Below are positions 11,073 to 20,621 of a DNA stretch of 64,000 nt, piece by piece. The DNA comes from Calditrichia bacterium (GTDB lineage Bacteria; Calditrichota; Calditrichia; JAJRVZ01), in NCBI GenBank assembly GCA_963796965.1, contig CAWCNS010000004.1, positions 512,001 to 576,000 of the forward strand. The letters are read 5' to 3'. The position numbers were made by a program, and so were the translations under genes. Numbering within the stretch: the first letter of the stretch is position 1; every line of letters starts with the position of its first letter. The notes under the pieces were generated by a model, which searched no databases, was not told the DNA's origin, and saw only the letters and a list, made by a program, of their open reading frames with translations.

Positions 11073-13325
11073 TTGAAAAAGAGGATTACTCTTTACGCCA
11101 TATTCTGTAATGTCCTGATAATTCTCATTCTATCGGGGTGCAGCCCTGATGAAAGGACTGGTACAAATACGACTTATAAGGATGAACCATTTATACAGGA
11201 ATATCACCAGCCATTTTTTCCGGGTAATACTTCTGCAGAAAACACTATCAGATCTATTTATGTTGATAGTGCGTCCAATGTATGGGTTGCCACTGCGGGG
11301 GGCATCTTTCAGAAAATCGCAGGAGAGATTAGATGGCAGCCAATCATCCGGGGTGAATCCCGGGGACCAGCCTATGCGGTTGGTGCAGATAATCAAAATG
11401 TTATCTGGATGGGGACATGGGATGGAATTTACAGCTATCATATGGATCAATTGATAAAACATAAATCCATCCATTCACCTGTATCTAATATTTGTATGTC
11501 AACGGAGGGTGTTTATTGCCTTGGCCCGGATGGTGTTTGGTTGTATACAAATAAACAATGGATAAAAAAAGACTTTCCCATTGCCAGGTCTATCCGGGAC
11601 GCCATTTCCGATGGAAGTGGCGGATTGTGGATAGCAACCGACGCCGGTCTATATCATTGCTCAGATTCGGGATCCAGATTGTATCAGAATGAAGAAGAAT
11701 TGATTAGTTGTTATCTAAAAGGCTTGTCTTTTGATGACCAGGGAAAATTATGGGTAGGGGGTATGGGTGGTGTTACAGTGCGTAATGCCGAAAGGGCTCT
11801 CCATAAAATAAAACCCCAAAATGGTCTGTCCTCTGCTTTTGTTAACAGTGTTCGTAAGTCACCTGACGGCGTTATGTGGGTTGGCACGGATGTAGGTGTG
11901 GTACGTTTTTATAAAGATGGACAACATTCCCTGCGATTTAGCAAGCGCTGGCTTGTTAATGATAAGGTGAATGATGTGGCTTTTGATAAAGAAGGGAATG
12001 CCTGGATCGCGACTTCAGGTGGGGTCAGTGCAATGATAAGAAAAAAAATGACCCTGGCCTCAAAGGCAGACTATTTTTATGATGTTCTCATGAAGAGGCA
12101 TATACGCGAACCGTGGATTGCCGGGCAATGTCGGCTGACAACCCCTGGAGACACTTCTACCTGGGAACCGATGGATGATGACAATGACGGTGAATATACG
12201 GCTATCTATCTTTCCATGGAAAGTCTACGTTATGCGGTGACTAAAAAAGAGGAGGCCAGGGAAAATGCCGCGAAGGCTTTTGCTTTTCTGAAATATCTTG
12301 AGGAAGTCACGGATATCGACGGTTTTTTTGCCCGTTCGATTGTACCTGCCCACTGGACAGAGGTCAACGATATAAACCGATCCTATACAAGGAAGGAAAT
12401 TGCCGAAGAACTTGTCAAGGACCCTCGTTTCAAACCAGTGGAAACGCGCTGGCATCCTGCCAAAAATGATAAATGGTTGTGGAAAGGTGATACCAGCAGT
12501 GATGAGATGTGCGGACATATGATGGGTTATTTTTATTATTATGAGTTTGCCGCCGATGAAACGGAAAAAATGGAGATTAGTAACCATGTCCAAAAGATTG
12601 TTGATCATCTGATTGACAATAATTACAACTTGATTGATGTTGATGGTAAGCATACCCGCTGGGGGGTATGGTCTCCGGATAAACTCAACCGTGAACCGGA
12701 TTGGTCCTCTGAGAGAAGTCTAAATTCATTCGAGTTGTTAGCCTATCTTAAACTAGCCTATCATGTTTCAGGGAATGAAAAATATCAGAACGAATATCTT
12801 CGCCTTATCAGAGAAGAGAACTATCTTGATAATATTGCTCAACTTAATCACAAAAATCCGGCCTGGTTTATCTATTTCGATGTGAGTATGGCCGGGTACT
12901 TGTTTCCAATTCTGTTGAAATATGAGAACGATCCGGATATAAAAAAATTCTATGATGAATTAATCGATGAATGGTTTGAGAAACAGATCCGGGATGAAAG
13001 TGCTCTGAATAATTTTACTTATAATTTAGCAAGGGGTGAAAAACGAGAGATTAATGCTTCGGTACAATTCCTGATTGATACCCCTCTTGATCTTGTGGAT
13101 TGGCGTATTGATCATACGATTCGGGAAGATGTGCGGATTGTCAGGGAGCCCACATTAGAGGAATTTCAGACGGATAAGTTGGTTTCTCCCTCAATTCGAT
13201 CTACTGTGCGTTGGGATAAAAATCCCTGGGCGGCGGTACGTGGGCATCCGGGTATTGAGAGAGAACCGGTCTTTTGGCTTTTACCTTATTGGATGGGAAG
13301 GTATTTGGGGATAATTGTCGAGTAG
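11073..13325 (+). CDS. Lipoprotein: two-component-regulator-type beta-propeller repeats plus uncharacterised helical (GH-like) C-terminal domain
   Basis: Lipobox LSGC; DxxGxLWIATxxG repeats; DNDGEYT, WKGDTSSDE, TRWGVWSP, LLPYWMGRY shared with the gene at 28847. Confidence 0.7.
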   Translation: MKKRITLYAIFCNVLIILILSGCSPDERTGTNTTYKDEPFIQEYHQPFFPGNTSAENTIRSIYVDSASNVWVATAGGIFQKIAGEIRWQPIIRGESRGPAYAVGADNQNVIWMGTWDGIYSYHMDQLIKHKSIHSPVSNICMSTEGVYCLGPDGVWLYTNKQWIKKDFPIARSIRDAISDGSGGLWIATDAGLYHCSDSGSRLYQNEEELISCYLKGLSFDDQGKLWVGGMGGVTVRNAERALHKIKPQNGLSSAFVNSVRKSPDGVMWVGTDVGVVRFYKDGQHSLRFSKRWLVNDKVNDVAFDKEGNAWIATSGGVSAMIRKKMTLASKADYFYDVLMKRHIREPWIAGQCRLTTPGDTSTWEPMDDDNDGEYTAIYLSMESLRYAVTKKEEARENAAKAFAFLKYLEEVTDIDGFFARSIVPAHWTEVNDINRSYTRKEIAEELVKDPRFKPVETRWHPAKNDKWLWKGDTSSDEMCGHMMGYFYYYEFAADETEKMEISNHVQKIVDHLIDNNYNLIDVDGKHTRWGVWSPDKLNREPDWSSERSLNSFELLAYLKLAYHVSGNEKYQNEYLRLIREENYLDNIAQLNHKNPAWFIYFDVSMAGYLFPILLKYENDPDIKKFYDELIDEWFEKQIRDESALNNFTYNLARGEKREINASVQFLIDTPLDLVDWRIDHTIREDVRIVREPTLEEFQTDKLVSPSIRSTVRWDKNPWAAVRGHPGIEREPVFWLLPYWMGRYLGIIVE

Positions 13326-13354
13326 TATTTTACTTTTGTAAAGTGTTAATCGAA

Positions 13355-13492
13355 TTCTCTCGCAGAGGCGTAAAGACGTAAAGAACGCAGATATAAAATA
13401 TATAAGACAAAAGCCAAAATATTAGTGTCAATTAATAGTCCTATTACATAAAGTTATTTTTAAAAAATTCTCTCTGCGTCTTAGCGTGGAAA
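13355..13492. repeat. Intergenic inverted-arm element, CGCAGAG/CGTAAAG units
   Basis: Left arm TTCTCTCGCAGAGGCGTAAAGACGTAAAGAACGCAGA; right arm TCTCTCTGCGTCTTAGCGTGGAAA; AT-rich spacer. Confidence 0.65.
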
Positions 13493-13558
13493 TAGATTCA
13501 CTGTAGCTGAACTTATCAAATGATCAATACCGAATGATATTACTGAAAGGAACTCAAA

Positions 13559-15047
13559 ATGAAAGCAAATTTACTATATAGGAAAGCAATCATTTCATTT
13601 TAAATGCCTCCTTTCGATATTGGGGATTATTTTGCTCATTTCCGGATGCTCTCAAAGGGCAATACCTCCCAATTTTGTGTTCATTATTGGTGATGATATT
13701 TCTGTCGATGATTTTGGCTGCTATGGCCATCCCACGATCCGCACACCAAATATTGATCGTCTGGCCTCTAATGGTTTGAAATTTACAAACGCCTATTTGA
13801 CGACGAGCCAATGCAGTCCAACACGATCAAGTATCATCACTGGTCGATATCCCCATAATACGGGTTCTCCTGAATTACATATGCCGTTACCTGAGGGGCA
13901 ACCTCTTTTTCCGCAAGAGTTGATAAAGTCTGGATATTATTGTGTCCAGGCTGGAAAATGGCATTTAGGCGATTCGGCTAAAAAAGGATTTAACAAGGTT
14001 TGGGATATGGATGGAGGTGGAACCAGGTGGAGAGGAACGTTGGATAGAAGTCCTTCAGACGCGTCCTAAGGATAAACCCTTTCTTCTTTCTGGCTGGCAT
14101 CAACGGATGCACACAGACCCTGGAGGCCAGATAATAATTTGTATAAACATACGCCCGAAGAGGCTGTTATACCTCCCTATCTGATTGATACACCAACCGG
14201 ACGGGTTGATATGGCTGGTTATTATGATGAGATTCATCGTTTGGATCATTATGTTGGTCTGGTTGTAGAGGAGTTAAAACAACAGGGCGTCTTAGAAAAC
14301 ACCTGTATCATATTTATGGCCGACAATGGTCGTCCCTTTCCCCGCTGTAAAACCCGATTGTATGATAGTGGAACAAAAACTCCGCTTATCATCCATTGGC
14401 CGGAAGGCTTAAAATATAAGAATGATGTTACGGAATCACTAGTGAGTGCCATAGATATTGCGCCAACCATATTGGAACTTGCCGGACTTGAACCCAACGA
14501 GCGAATTCAGGGGACTTCCATGGTCCCCATCTTAAAAAACCTGGATAAGAAAATCCGCGACTATGCTTTTGCAGAACATAACTGGCATGCCCAAATTGCT
14601 CATGAACGTATGGTCCGCTGGCAGGATTATGTCTATATCCGTAACGCTCATCCGCAATTACCCCAGGTTTGTACCCTGGAGGATCAATGTCCGGCTAAAG
14701 AGTTACGGGCGTTTCATGCAGCCGGCAAAACAACAACCGCCCAGGCCGATCCGATTATCTATCCCAGGGCTGCAGAAGAGTTCTTTGTGCTATCAAAGGA
14801 TCCACATCAGGTAGAAAATCAGGTAGAAAATCCTGATTATCTGGACAAATTAAATCACATGCGGAATATTTTGGATGAGTGGCAGGAGAAAACAGGCGAC
14901 ACAACGCCTTTATTAAAGGATGCAACGCCGGACCGGCATAATCGCGAGAGCGGGGAAAGATATTATGAAGGGAGTCGCCCGCCAACGGGTGAATTACCGG
15001 GAGAAGCGCGAGGGGCTGCTATGATTAATGATCCGGGGCCCAGGTAA
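13559..15047 (+). CDS. S1 (formylglycine-dependent) sulfatase, sulfamidase-like, lipoprotein; several +1 frameshifts
   Basis: PNFVFIIGDD, CSPTRSSIITGRYP (CxPxR), GKWHLG, MADNG, SAIDIAPTIL; indels near 13562-13601, 14021 and 14080-14090 restore GGPGGEERWIEVLQTRPKDKPFFFWLASTDAHRPW; AAAGGA SD before ATG 13559. Confidence 0.88.
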
Positions 15048-15083
15048 AAAAACGCTATGCGCATGGCGTGATGCGCATAGCGT
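15046..15083 (-). terminator. Rho-independent terminator between convergent genes
   Basis: Perfect 13-bp stem ACGCTATGCGCAT (15052-15064) / ATGCGCATAGCGT (15071-15083), followed on the minus strand by a T run. Confidence 0.85.
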
Positions 15084-15113
15084 CAAATTGAGAAAATTAT
15101 ATACAGAATTTAA

Positions 15114-16436
15114 TCAGACCTTATCAGGAACTACAAAAGGTTCACGATACTTTCGGGTCAGCATCTTATCTGCCTCTGGATCACCAACGAATTTCTCAGT
15201 TTTAGGATCGAAGGTCAATTGACGTTCCAATCTGTATGCAATGTTACCAAGATGGGCAAGACCCGAAGACGTATGGGCTGTTTCCACTGGTCCGTTGAGA
15301 ATTGATTTATCATGGGCGCGAACCGCATCAATGAAATTTTGGAAGTGATCACCACCCTCACTTCGGGCCGGACCCTTTACATATTTCTCTCTACCGACAC
15401 TGATATAGGTTTCATAGGTGGAGTAGCCCTTGATCAGCATATATCCTTTTTCTCCATAAAATATATTTCCAACTTTGACACCATCTTCATAGTTTGTATT
15501 CCACGGTCTGACCTCAAACTCAATCATCTTTTTCTCTTTGGGGTATAAATAGGTTGAGGACAAGGTTTCAGGCGTCTCTTTGCAGTCATCCCATAAAAAT
15601 TTGCCACCCATGGCAGTAATTTTCTCTGGTAATCCTACGTCTAAACCCCATAAGCACATGTCAGTTTCATGAATTCCCTGGTTACCAACATCGCCATTGC
15701 CAAAATCCCAATGCCAATGCCAGTTATAATGAACCAGATTACGTGTAAACGGACGTTTTGCAGCAGGTCCTAACCACAAATCATAATCCAAGCCCTTCGG
15801 CACGGGTTCTGTACCCTTATCGCCAATATCGGCACGCCAGCGATACACCAAACCGCGGGCCATATAAACACGACCGATAATGTCATTACGCAGCAGGTGT
15901 ACGGCTTCCTGTAACGCTTTTGAACTCCTTAATTGTACGCCGTGTTGAACAATCCGGTCATATTTTGCAGCAGCCTCAACCATTTTTCGGCCTTCCCAAA
16001 TATTGTGAGAGCCAGGTTTCTCCACATAAACATCTTTCCCCGCCTGGCAGGCCCAGATAACAGATAAGGCATGCCATGAATTTGTGCTGGCTATACTGAC
16101 AACATCAATTTCCTTATCATCGAAAACTTTTCTGAGGTCCTGCTCAAGAACAACCTTCTTGTTGTACTTCACTTCAAATTCGGTGGCCCTTTTATCCAGA
16201 ACATTCTGATCCGGATCGCAGATGGTCACAACGTCTACATTCTCTAAATTCATAAGGCTTTCAATATGCCCTTTGCCGCGCCCATTGACGCCTAATACGG
16301 CCGCACGAATTTTGTCATTAGCACCAAAAACATTCTGCGGGATATATAAAGGCGCGACAACTGTTGCAGCGGCAAGAGCACCAGAGGCATTTTTTATAAA
16401 ATTCCGGCGGCTGAGGCTTGGTTTTTTTTCTTCCAT
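15114..16436 (-). CDS. Tat-exported Gfo/Idh/MocA family oxidoreductase
   Basis: SRRNFIK twin-arginine signal, LGVNGRG Rossmann motif, DVYVEKP, DYDLWLGPA, GNQGIHETD; ATG 16436 preceded by GGAG. Confidence 0.92.
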   Translation of the reverse strand: MEEKKPSLSRRNFIKNASGALAAATVVAPLYIPQNVFGANDKIRAAVLGVNGRGKGHIESLMNLENVDVVTICDPDQNVLDKRATEFEVKYNKKVVLEQDLRKVFDDKEIDVVSIASTNSWHALSVIWACQAGKDVYVEKPGSHNIWEGRKMVEAAAKYDRIVQHGVQLRSSKALQEAVHLLRNDIIGRVYMARGLVYRWRADIGDKGTEPVPKGLDYDLWLGPAAKRPFTRNLVHYNWHWHWDFGNGDVGNQGIHETDMCLWGLDVGLPEKITAMGGKFLWDDCKETPETLSSTYLYPKEKKMIEFEVRPWNTNYEDGVKVGNIFYGEKGYMLIKGYSTYETYISVGREKYVKGPARSEGGDHFQNFIDAVRAHDKSILNGPVETAHTSSGLAHLGNIAYRLERQLTFDPKTEKFVGDPEADKMLTRKYREPFVVPDKV

Positions 16437-16528
16437 TTTGTATCTCCAGTATTTTATTAAATACAAATTTAGGTAACTTATTGAAACTATATAATAATGA
16501 TTAAATAATCAATTCATTAAATCATCTT

Positions 16529-16557
16529 TTGCATTTCTGATAAAATATTTATATTCT
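16529..16557 (+). promoter_or_regulatory. Candidate sigma70-type promoter in the divergent intergenic region
   Basis: TTGCAT, 17-nt spacer, TATTCT upstream of 16609; region is very AT-rich. Confidence 0.3.
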
Positions 16558-16608
16558 AATAAAGATATTTCCTGTCAATCATAGCACACCACTTTCTCTT
16601 GAGGAATC

Positions 16609-18090
16609 ATGACTCAATTCAAAATTAATCTGTATGTAATTCTACCTGTATTATTTCTGGGCTCGTTTTTAATTGCTCAGTCTATCGATTCGGATCAAAA
16701 TCAATCCGAAAAAAATGTAATAGATATCGGCAGCCGCCTGGAGCTCTTTGTTGACCAGGTCCTTATAGAAAAAATGAATAATGTCCATTTTCGATTACAT
16801 CAGCCGGTAGATATGGGACCGGTATTATATTTTGATAAACCATGGGAAGGTCCATTTTCTGCCTATTGTACGGTGATAAAAAAAGCTGACAAATATCAGA
16901 TGTACTATCGTGGATTATATTCTGCCGAACAGGAAGACCGCGAGGACGAAACGACCTGTTATGCAGAATCTGAGGATGGCATTGTCTGGAGCAAGCCCAA
17001 TCTGAAGATTTTTGAAAGAAATGGTACCCTGGAAACCAATATTATTCTCGCCCAGGCTTCCCCGGTTTCACATAATTTTAGTCCCTTCCTGGATACAAGA
17101 GAAAATATTGATCCACAACAAAAATATAAGGCCTTGGGAGGAAGCGCGAAAAGCGGATTAATTGCTTATGTCTCTGCTGATGGTATTCATTGGAAAAAAC
17201 TGCAGGAAGAGCCCGTCTTTCGCAAAGGAAAATTTGATTCACAGAACGTCGCTTTCTGGTCAGAAAGTGAACAAATATATATATGCTATTTCCGAACATG
17301 GACAAGCAAGGCCCATGGGGGATTCCGAACAGTTAGCCGGACGACATCCCCAGATTTTATAAATTGGACGGAACCTGTAGAAATGAATTATGGCGATACA
17401 CCTCCTGAGCATATTTATGTGAATCAGACGGCACCTTATTTCCGGGCCCCGCATATATATATTTCTATGGCTGCCCGTTTTATGCCCGGTCGGCAGGTAT
17501 TGAACGAAGAACAGGCAAAAAAAGTTGGCGTGAAGTCTGGATATTTTAAGGATTGTTCGGATGTGGTTCTAATGACCTCAAGGGGAGGCAATATTTATGA
17601 CCGGACATTTATGGAAGGATTTATCAATCCGGGATTAGGTCTGCAAAATTGGGTGTCCCGGGCGAACTATCCGGTATTGAATATAGTTCAAACCGGTCCG
17701 GCCGAAATGTCACTCTATGTCAACAAAGATTATGCACAACCTACAGCCCATTTAAACCGCTATGTCTTAAGGTTGGACGGTTTTGTATCAGTCAATGCTC
17801 CGTATGAAGGAGGTAAATTGCTCACAAAACCGTTTCGGTTTTGGGGAGAAAACCTGCTGTTAAATTTTGCCACTTCTGCGGCCGGTGCAATTAAGGTGGA
17901 GATATTAGATGAAAAGAATCAGCCCATCCCGGGATTTGCACTCGCAGAATCACAGGAAATCATTGGTAATGAAACCGAAAAAATAGTTTCCTGGAAAAAT
18001 GGCAGTAATGTGGGGTCATTATCCGGTAAAACAATCCGATTGCGGTTCGAAATGAAAGATGCCCAATTGTTTTCATTGCGGTTTAGATGA
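16609..18090 (+). CDS. Exported five-bladed beta-propeller glycoside hydrolase-like protein (GH32/GH43 clan-like)
   Basis: Signal peptide; IGSRLELFVD, YAESEDGIVW, SADGIHW, FDSQNVAFW, SPDFINW, LRLDGFVS; C-terminal beta-sandwich. Confidence 0.65.
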   Translation: MTQFKINLYVILPVLFLGSFLIAQSIDSDQNQSEKNVIDIGSRLELFVDQVLIEKMNNVHFRLHQPVDMGPVLYFDKPWEGPFSAYCTVIKKADKYQMYYRGLYSAEQEDREDETTCYAESEDGIVWSKPNLKIFERNGTLETNIILAQASPVSHNFSPFLDTRENIDPQQKYKALGGSAKSGLIAYVSADGIHWKKLQEEPVFRKGKFDSQNVAFWSESEQIYICYFRTWTSKAHGGFRTVSRTTSPDFINWTEPVEMNYGDTPPEHIYVNQTAPYFRAPHIYISMAARFMPGRQVLNEEQAKKVGVKSGYFKDCSDVVLMTSRGGNIYDRTFMEGFINPGLGLQNWVSRANYPVLNIVQTGPAEMSLYVNKDYAQPTAHLNRYVLRLDGFVSVNAPYEGGKLLTKPFRFWGENLLLNFATSAAGAIKVEILDEKNQPIPGFALAESQEIIGNETEKIVSWKNGSNVGSLSGKTIRLRFEMKDAQLFSLRFR

Positions 18091-18232
18091 TGGGATATTC
18101 TGGTCTTAGCTTGAGAAAATAGCGAACTATAAATGTGTTTCCCATCTGCATGGCAAGAGGAATTATTTATATAGAATCCTGACCTCTATTTAAAAAAAAC
18201 CAATAATCTAAATAAAGAATGATAAATCCATC

Positions 18233-20524
18233 ATGAATCCACGACTCAGCAAATTCGTATATTTTGTTATTTTTGTCGCCTTCTCTCTTTTATTGGCAAA
18301 TGCTAAAACTAATCCATCAAAAGATATTGTCTATCTGGAAAACAGCAAAATCCAACTGGGTTTTAATAAAACCACCGGCGTGTTGCTGGTATTTAAGGAT
18401 CTTGAATATTCATATGACTATATTGATGGCAGAGCGAGTTACGGCAGGCCATGGGAGATTTATTTCCAAAATATACAAGACAAAAAATCTGTAAAAATTG
18501 ATCATCCCACTTCATTTCAATTTTTTAGACCAGATCATGATACACTCGTTTTGGTTTGGAATGGATTTCCGGAAGCAACGAATAAAGAATTTCAAGTTGT
18601 TGCAACAATAAGCCTCGCTAAGGACAAGGCTCTTTCATCATGGAAGATTTCTCTACAGAATACAGAAGGCCAGGCAATTAGTAAAGTAATTTTTCCTAAA
18701 GTAGCTGGTCTTAAAGATATGGGGGAGGAGTACCTGGCTGTACCCATATGGATGGGTGAGTTGATTGACAATCCCAGGGAACATCTTTCCGGGATTAAAC
18801 GCAGAGAAAAAAAATATGAATGGTCTTATCCTGGCATTTTTTCAATGCAGTTTTTAGCCTTGTATAACAGGGAAAAATATGGATTTTACGCTTCCTGTAA
18901 TGATTCCCTTGCTTTTGGAAAAAGTTTTTCACTTACGCTCGATTCTCTCAATAATCTTACCTATAAGATCGTCAACTATCCCACGTTTGATCCTGCGATG
19001 AATTTATACACACCTCCTTATGAGGCAGTACTTGGTACTTTTAAGGGAGATTGGATTACAGCAGCCGAACAGTATCGGGAATGGGGATCTAAACAAAGAT
19101 GGAGTTCCGAAAGCAGATTTAAAAACAGGCTCTCTCCAAAATGGTTAGAAAAAACGGCATTGTGGATTTGGAACAGAAGCAAATCCTCAAATGTTCTTCT
19201 ACCAGCCACCGATTTAAAAGAAAGATTAAACCTTCCGGTGAATGTTTTTTGGCATTGGTGGCATGGATGCTCCTATGATGACGGATTCCCGGAATACTTT
19301 CCACCGCGGGAAGGCAAAGAGTCATTTATGCAGGCCTTGTCAACGGCACAGGAAAAGGGCATCAGGGCTATTGTATATATGAATGTGCTTCAGTGGGGGG
19401 ATGCAACAGAAAGTTGGAAAACAGAGAATGCTTCCGCCTATACAGTGAAGGATATTCAAGGTGAAATGAGATCGCATGTATATAATAAGTTTACGGGTAA
19501 ATCATTAACAAACATGTGTATCGCAACACAATTTTGGAGAGATAAATATGCCTCCTTGTCTGAAAAGGCAATAAATACGTATGGGATAAATGGTATCTAT
19601 ATGGATCAGACGTGTTTAAGCCGAATGTGTTACGACAAAAGTCATGGTCATCCCTTGGGTGGAGGGAATTACTGGATTAATAATTTTGCAAAGTTAGAGA
19701 ATCAGATTCGTTTAAAAACGTCTCCGAAAAACCAACCGGTTCTGGCCGGTGAAGGATGTGGTGAGGTCTGGCTTCCAAATCTTGATGTTTTTCTTGCCTT
19801 GCAGGTCAGTAAGGAACGATATGCAGGCACGGGAGGGGGAGAGCCGATCCCATTTTTTCAGGCAGTCTACCATCAATATGCGATAACTTATGGAAATTAT
19901 TCTTCCCTACTTATTCCCCCCTATGATGAATTGTGGCCAAAACAATATGCGCCCACGAATCCAAAAGAGCTTCTCAGCAAGGACTATAACAAACAGTTTT
20001 TAATGGAGCAGGCAAGATCATTTGTATGGGGTATGCAGCCTACAATTGCAAATTATCAGCCACTTTTGGCGACGGAAAGAAAAACTGAGATAGATTATTT
20101 ATTTAATATTGCAAAGATAAGATATCAGGGATTAAAATATTTATTATATGGCAAATTCTTACGCTCACCAGCCTTAGAAATTCCCAAAGAAGAATTGAAA
20201 ATTTCCAGATTATCCATATATGCGGGAAGATATGGAGAAAGTGTTACTACTTTTACAGGGAATTTTCCTTTGATATATTCGGGAACATGGAAATCCGATG
20301 ATCAGCAGATCGGAATTGCTCTGGCGAGTATTAGTGATGATCCTTTCCAGATTAGATTCAGCTTTGCCGCACCCGATTATGACCTTCCGGCTTCCGGCAA
20401 AATATATATTATTGATGAAAAAGGGAGGCGTTTTTTAACTACCTATTTAAATGACAAAATTGAAGTTAATTTTTTACTGCAATCCAGAGGTTTATGTCTG
20501 CTGGAAATAATTCCGGATATATAG
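18233..20524 (+). CDS. Exported DUF6259-type (GH36-like TIM barrel) putative glycoside hydrolase
   Basis: Signal peptide; GDWITAAEQYREW, GIYMDQ, CYDKSHGHPLGGG, LAGEGCGE; shares motifs with 57154-59295. Confidence 0.6.
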   Translation: MNPRLSKFVYFVIFVAFSLLLANAKTNPSKDIVYLENSKIQLGFNKTTGVLLVFKDLEYSYDYIDGRASYGRPWEIYFQNIQDKKSVKIDHPTSFQFFRPDHDTLVLVWNGFPEATNKEFQVVATISLAKDKALSSWKISLQNTEGQAISKVIFPKVAGLKDMGEEYLAVPIWMGELIDNPREHLSGIKRREKKYEWSYPGIFSMQFLALYNREKYGFYASCNDSLAFGKSFSLTLDSLNNLTYKIVNYPTFDPAMNLYTPPYEAVLGTFKGDWITAAEQYREWGSKQRWSSESRFKNRLSPKWLEKTALWIWNRSKSSNVLLPATDLKERLNLPVNVFWHWWHGCSYDDGFPEYFPPREGKESFMQALSTAQEKGIRAIVYMNVLQWGDATESWKTENASAYTVKDIQGEMRSHVYNKFTGKSLTNMCIATQFWRDKYASLSEKAINTYGINGIYMDQTCLSRMCYDKSHGHPLGGGNYWINNFAKLENQIRLKTSPKNQPVLAGEGCGEVWLPNLDVFLALQVSKERYAGTGGGEPIPFFQAVYHQYAITYGNYSSLLIPPYDELWPKQYAPTNPKELLSKDYNKQFLMEQARSFVWGMQPTIANYQPLLATERKTEIDYLFNIAKIRYQGLKYLLYGKFLRSPALEIPKEELKISRLSIYAGRYGESVTTFTGNFPLIYSGTWKSDDQQIGIALASISDDPFQIRFSFAAPDYDLPASGKIYIIDEKGRRFLTTYLNDKIEVNFLLQSRGLCLLEIIPDI

Positions 20525-20561
20525 TTATATGTGCCAACATAGTGCACTTGTGGCAAAATTC

Positions 20562-20602
20562 TTAACCGCAGGTACGCAAAGGACACGCAAAGAACGCAAG
20601 GA
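20562..20602. repeat. Solo arm of the CGCAAAG-unit intergenic repeat family
   Basis: TTAAC-CGCAGGT-A-CGCAAAG-GACA-CGCAAAG-AA-CGCAAGG-A; four units spaced 8/11/9 nt. Confidence 0.65.
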
Positions 20603-20621
20603 TACATAAGGAGTATATCAA

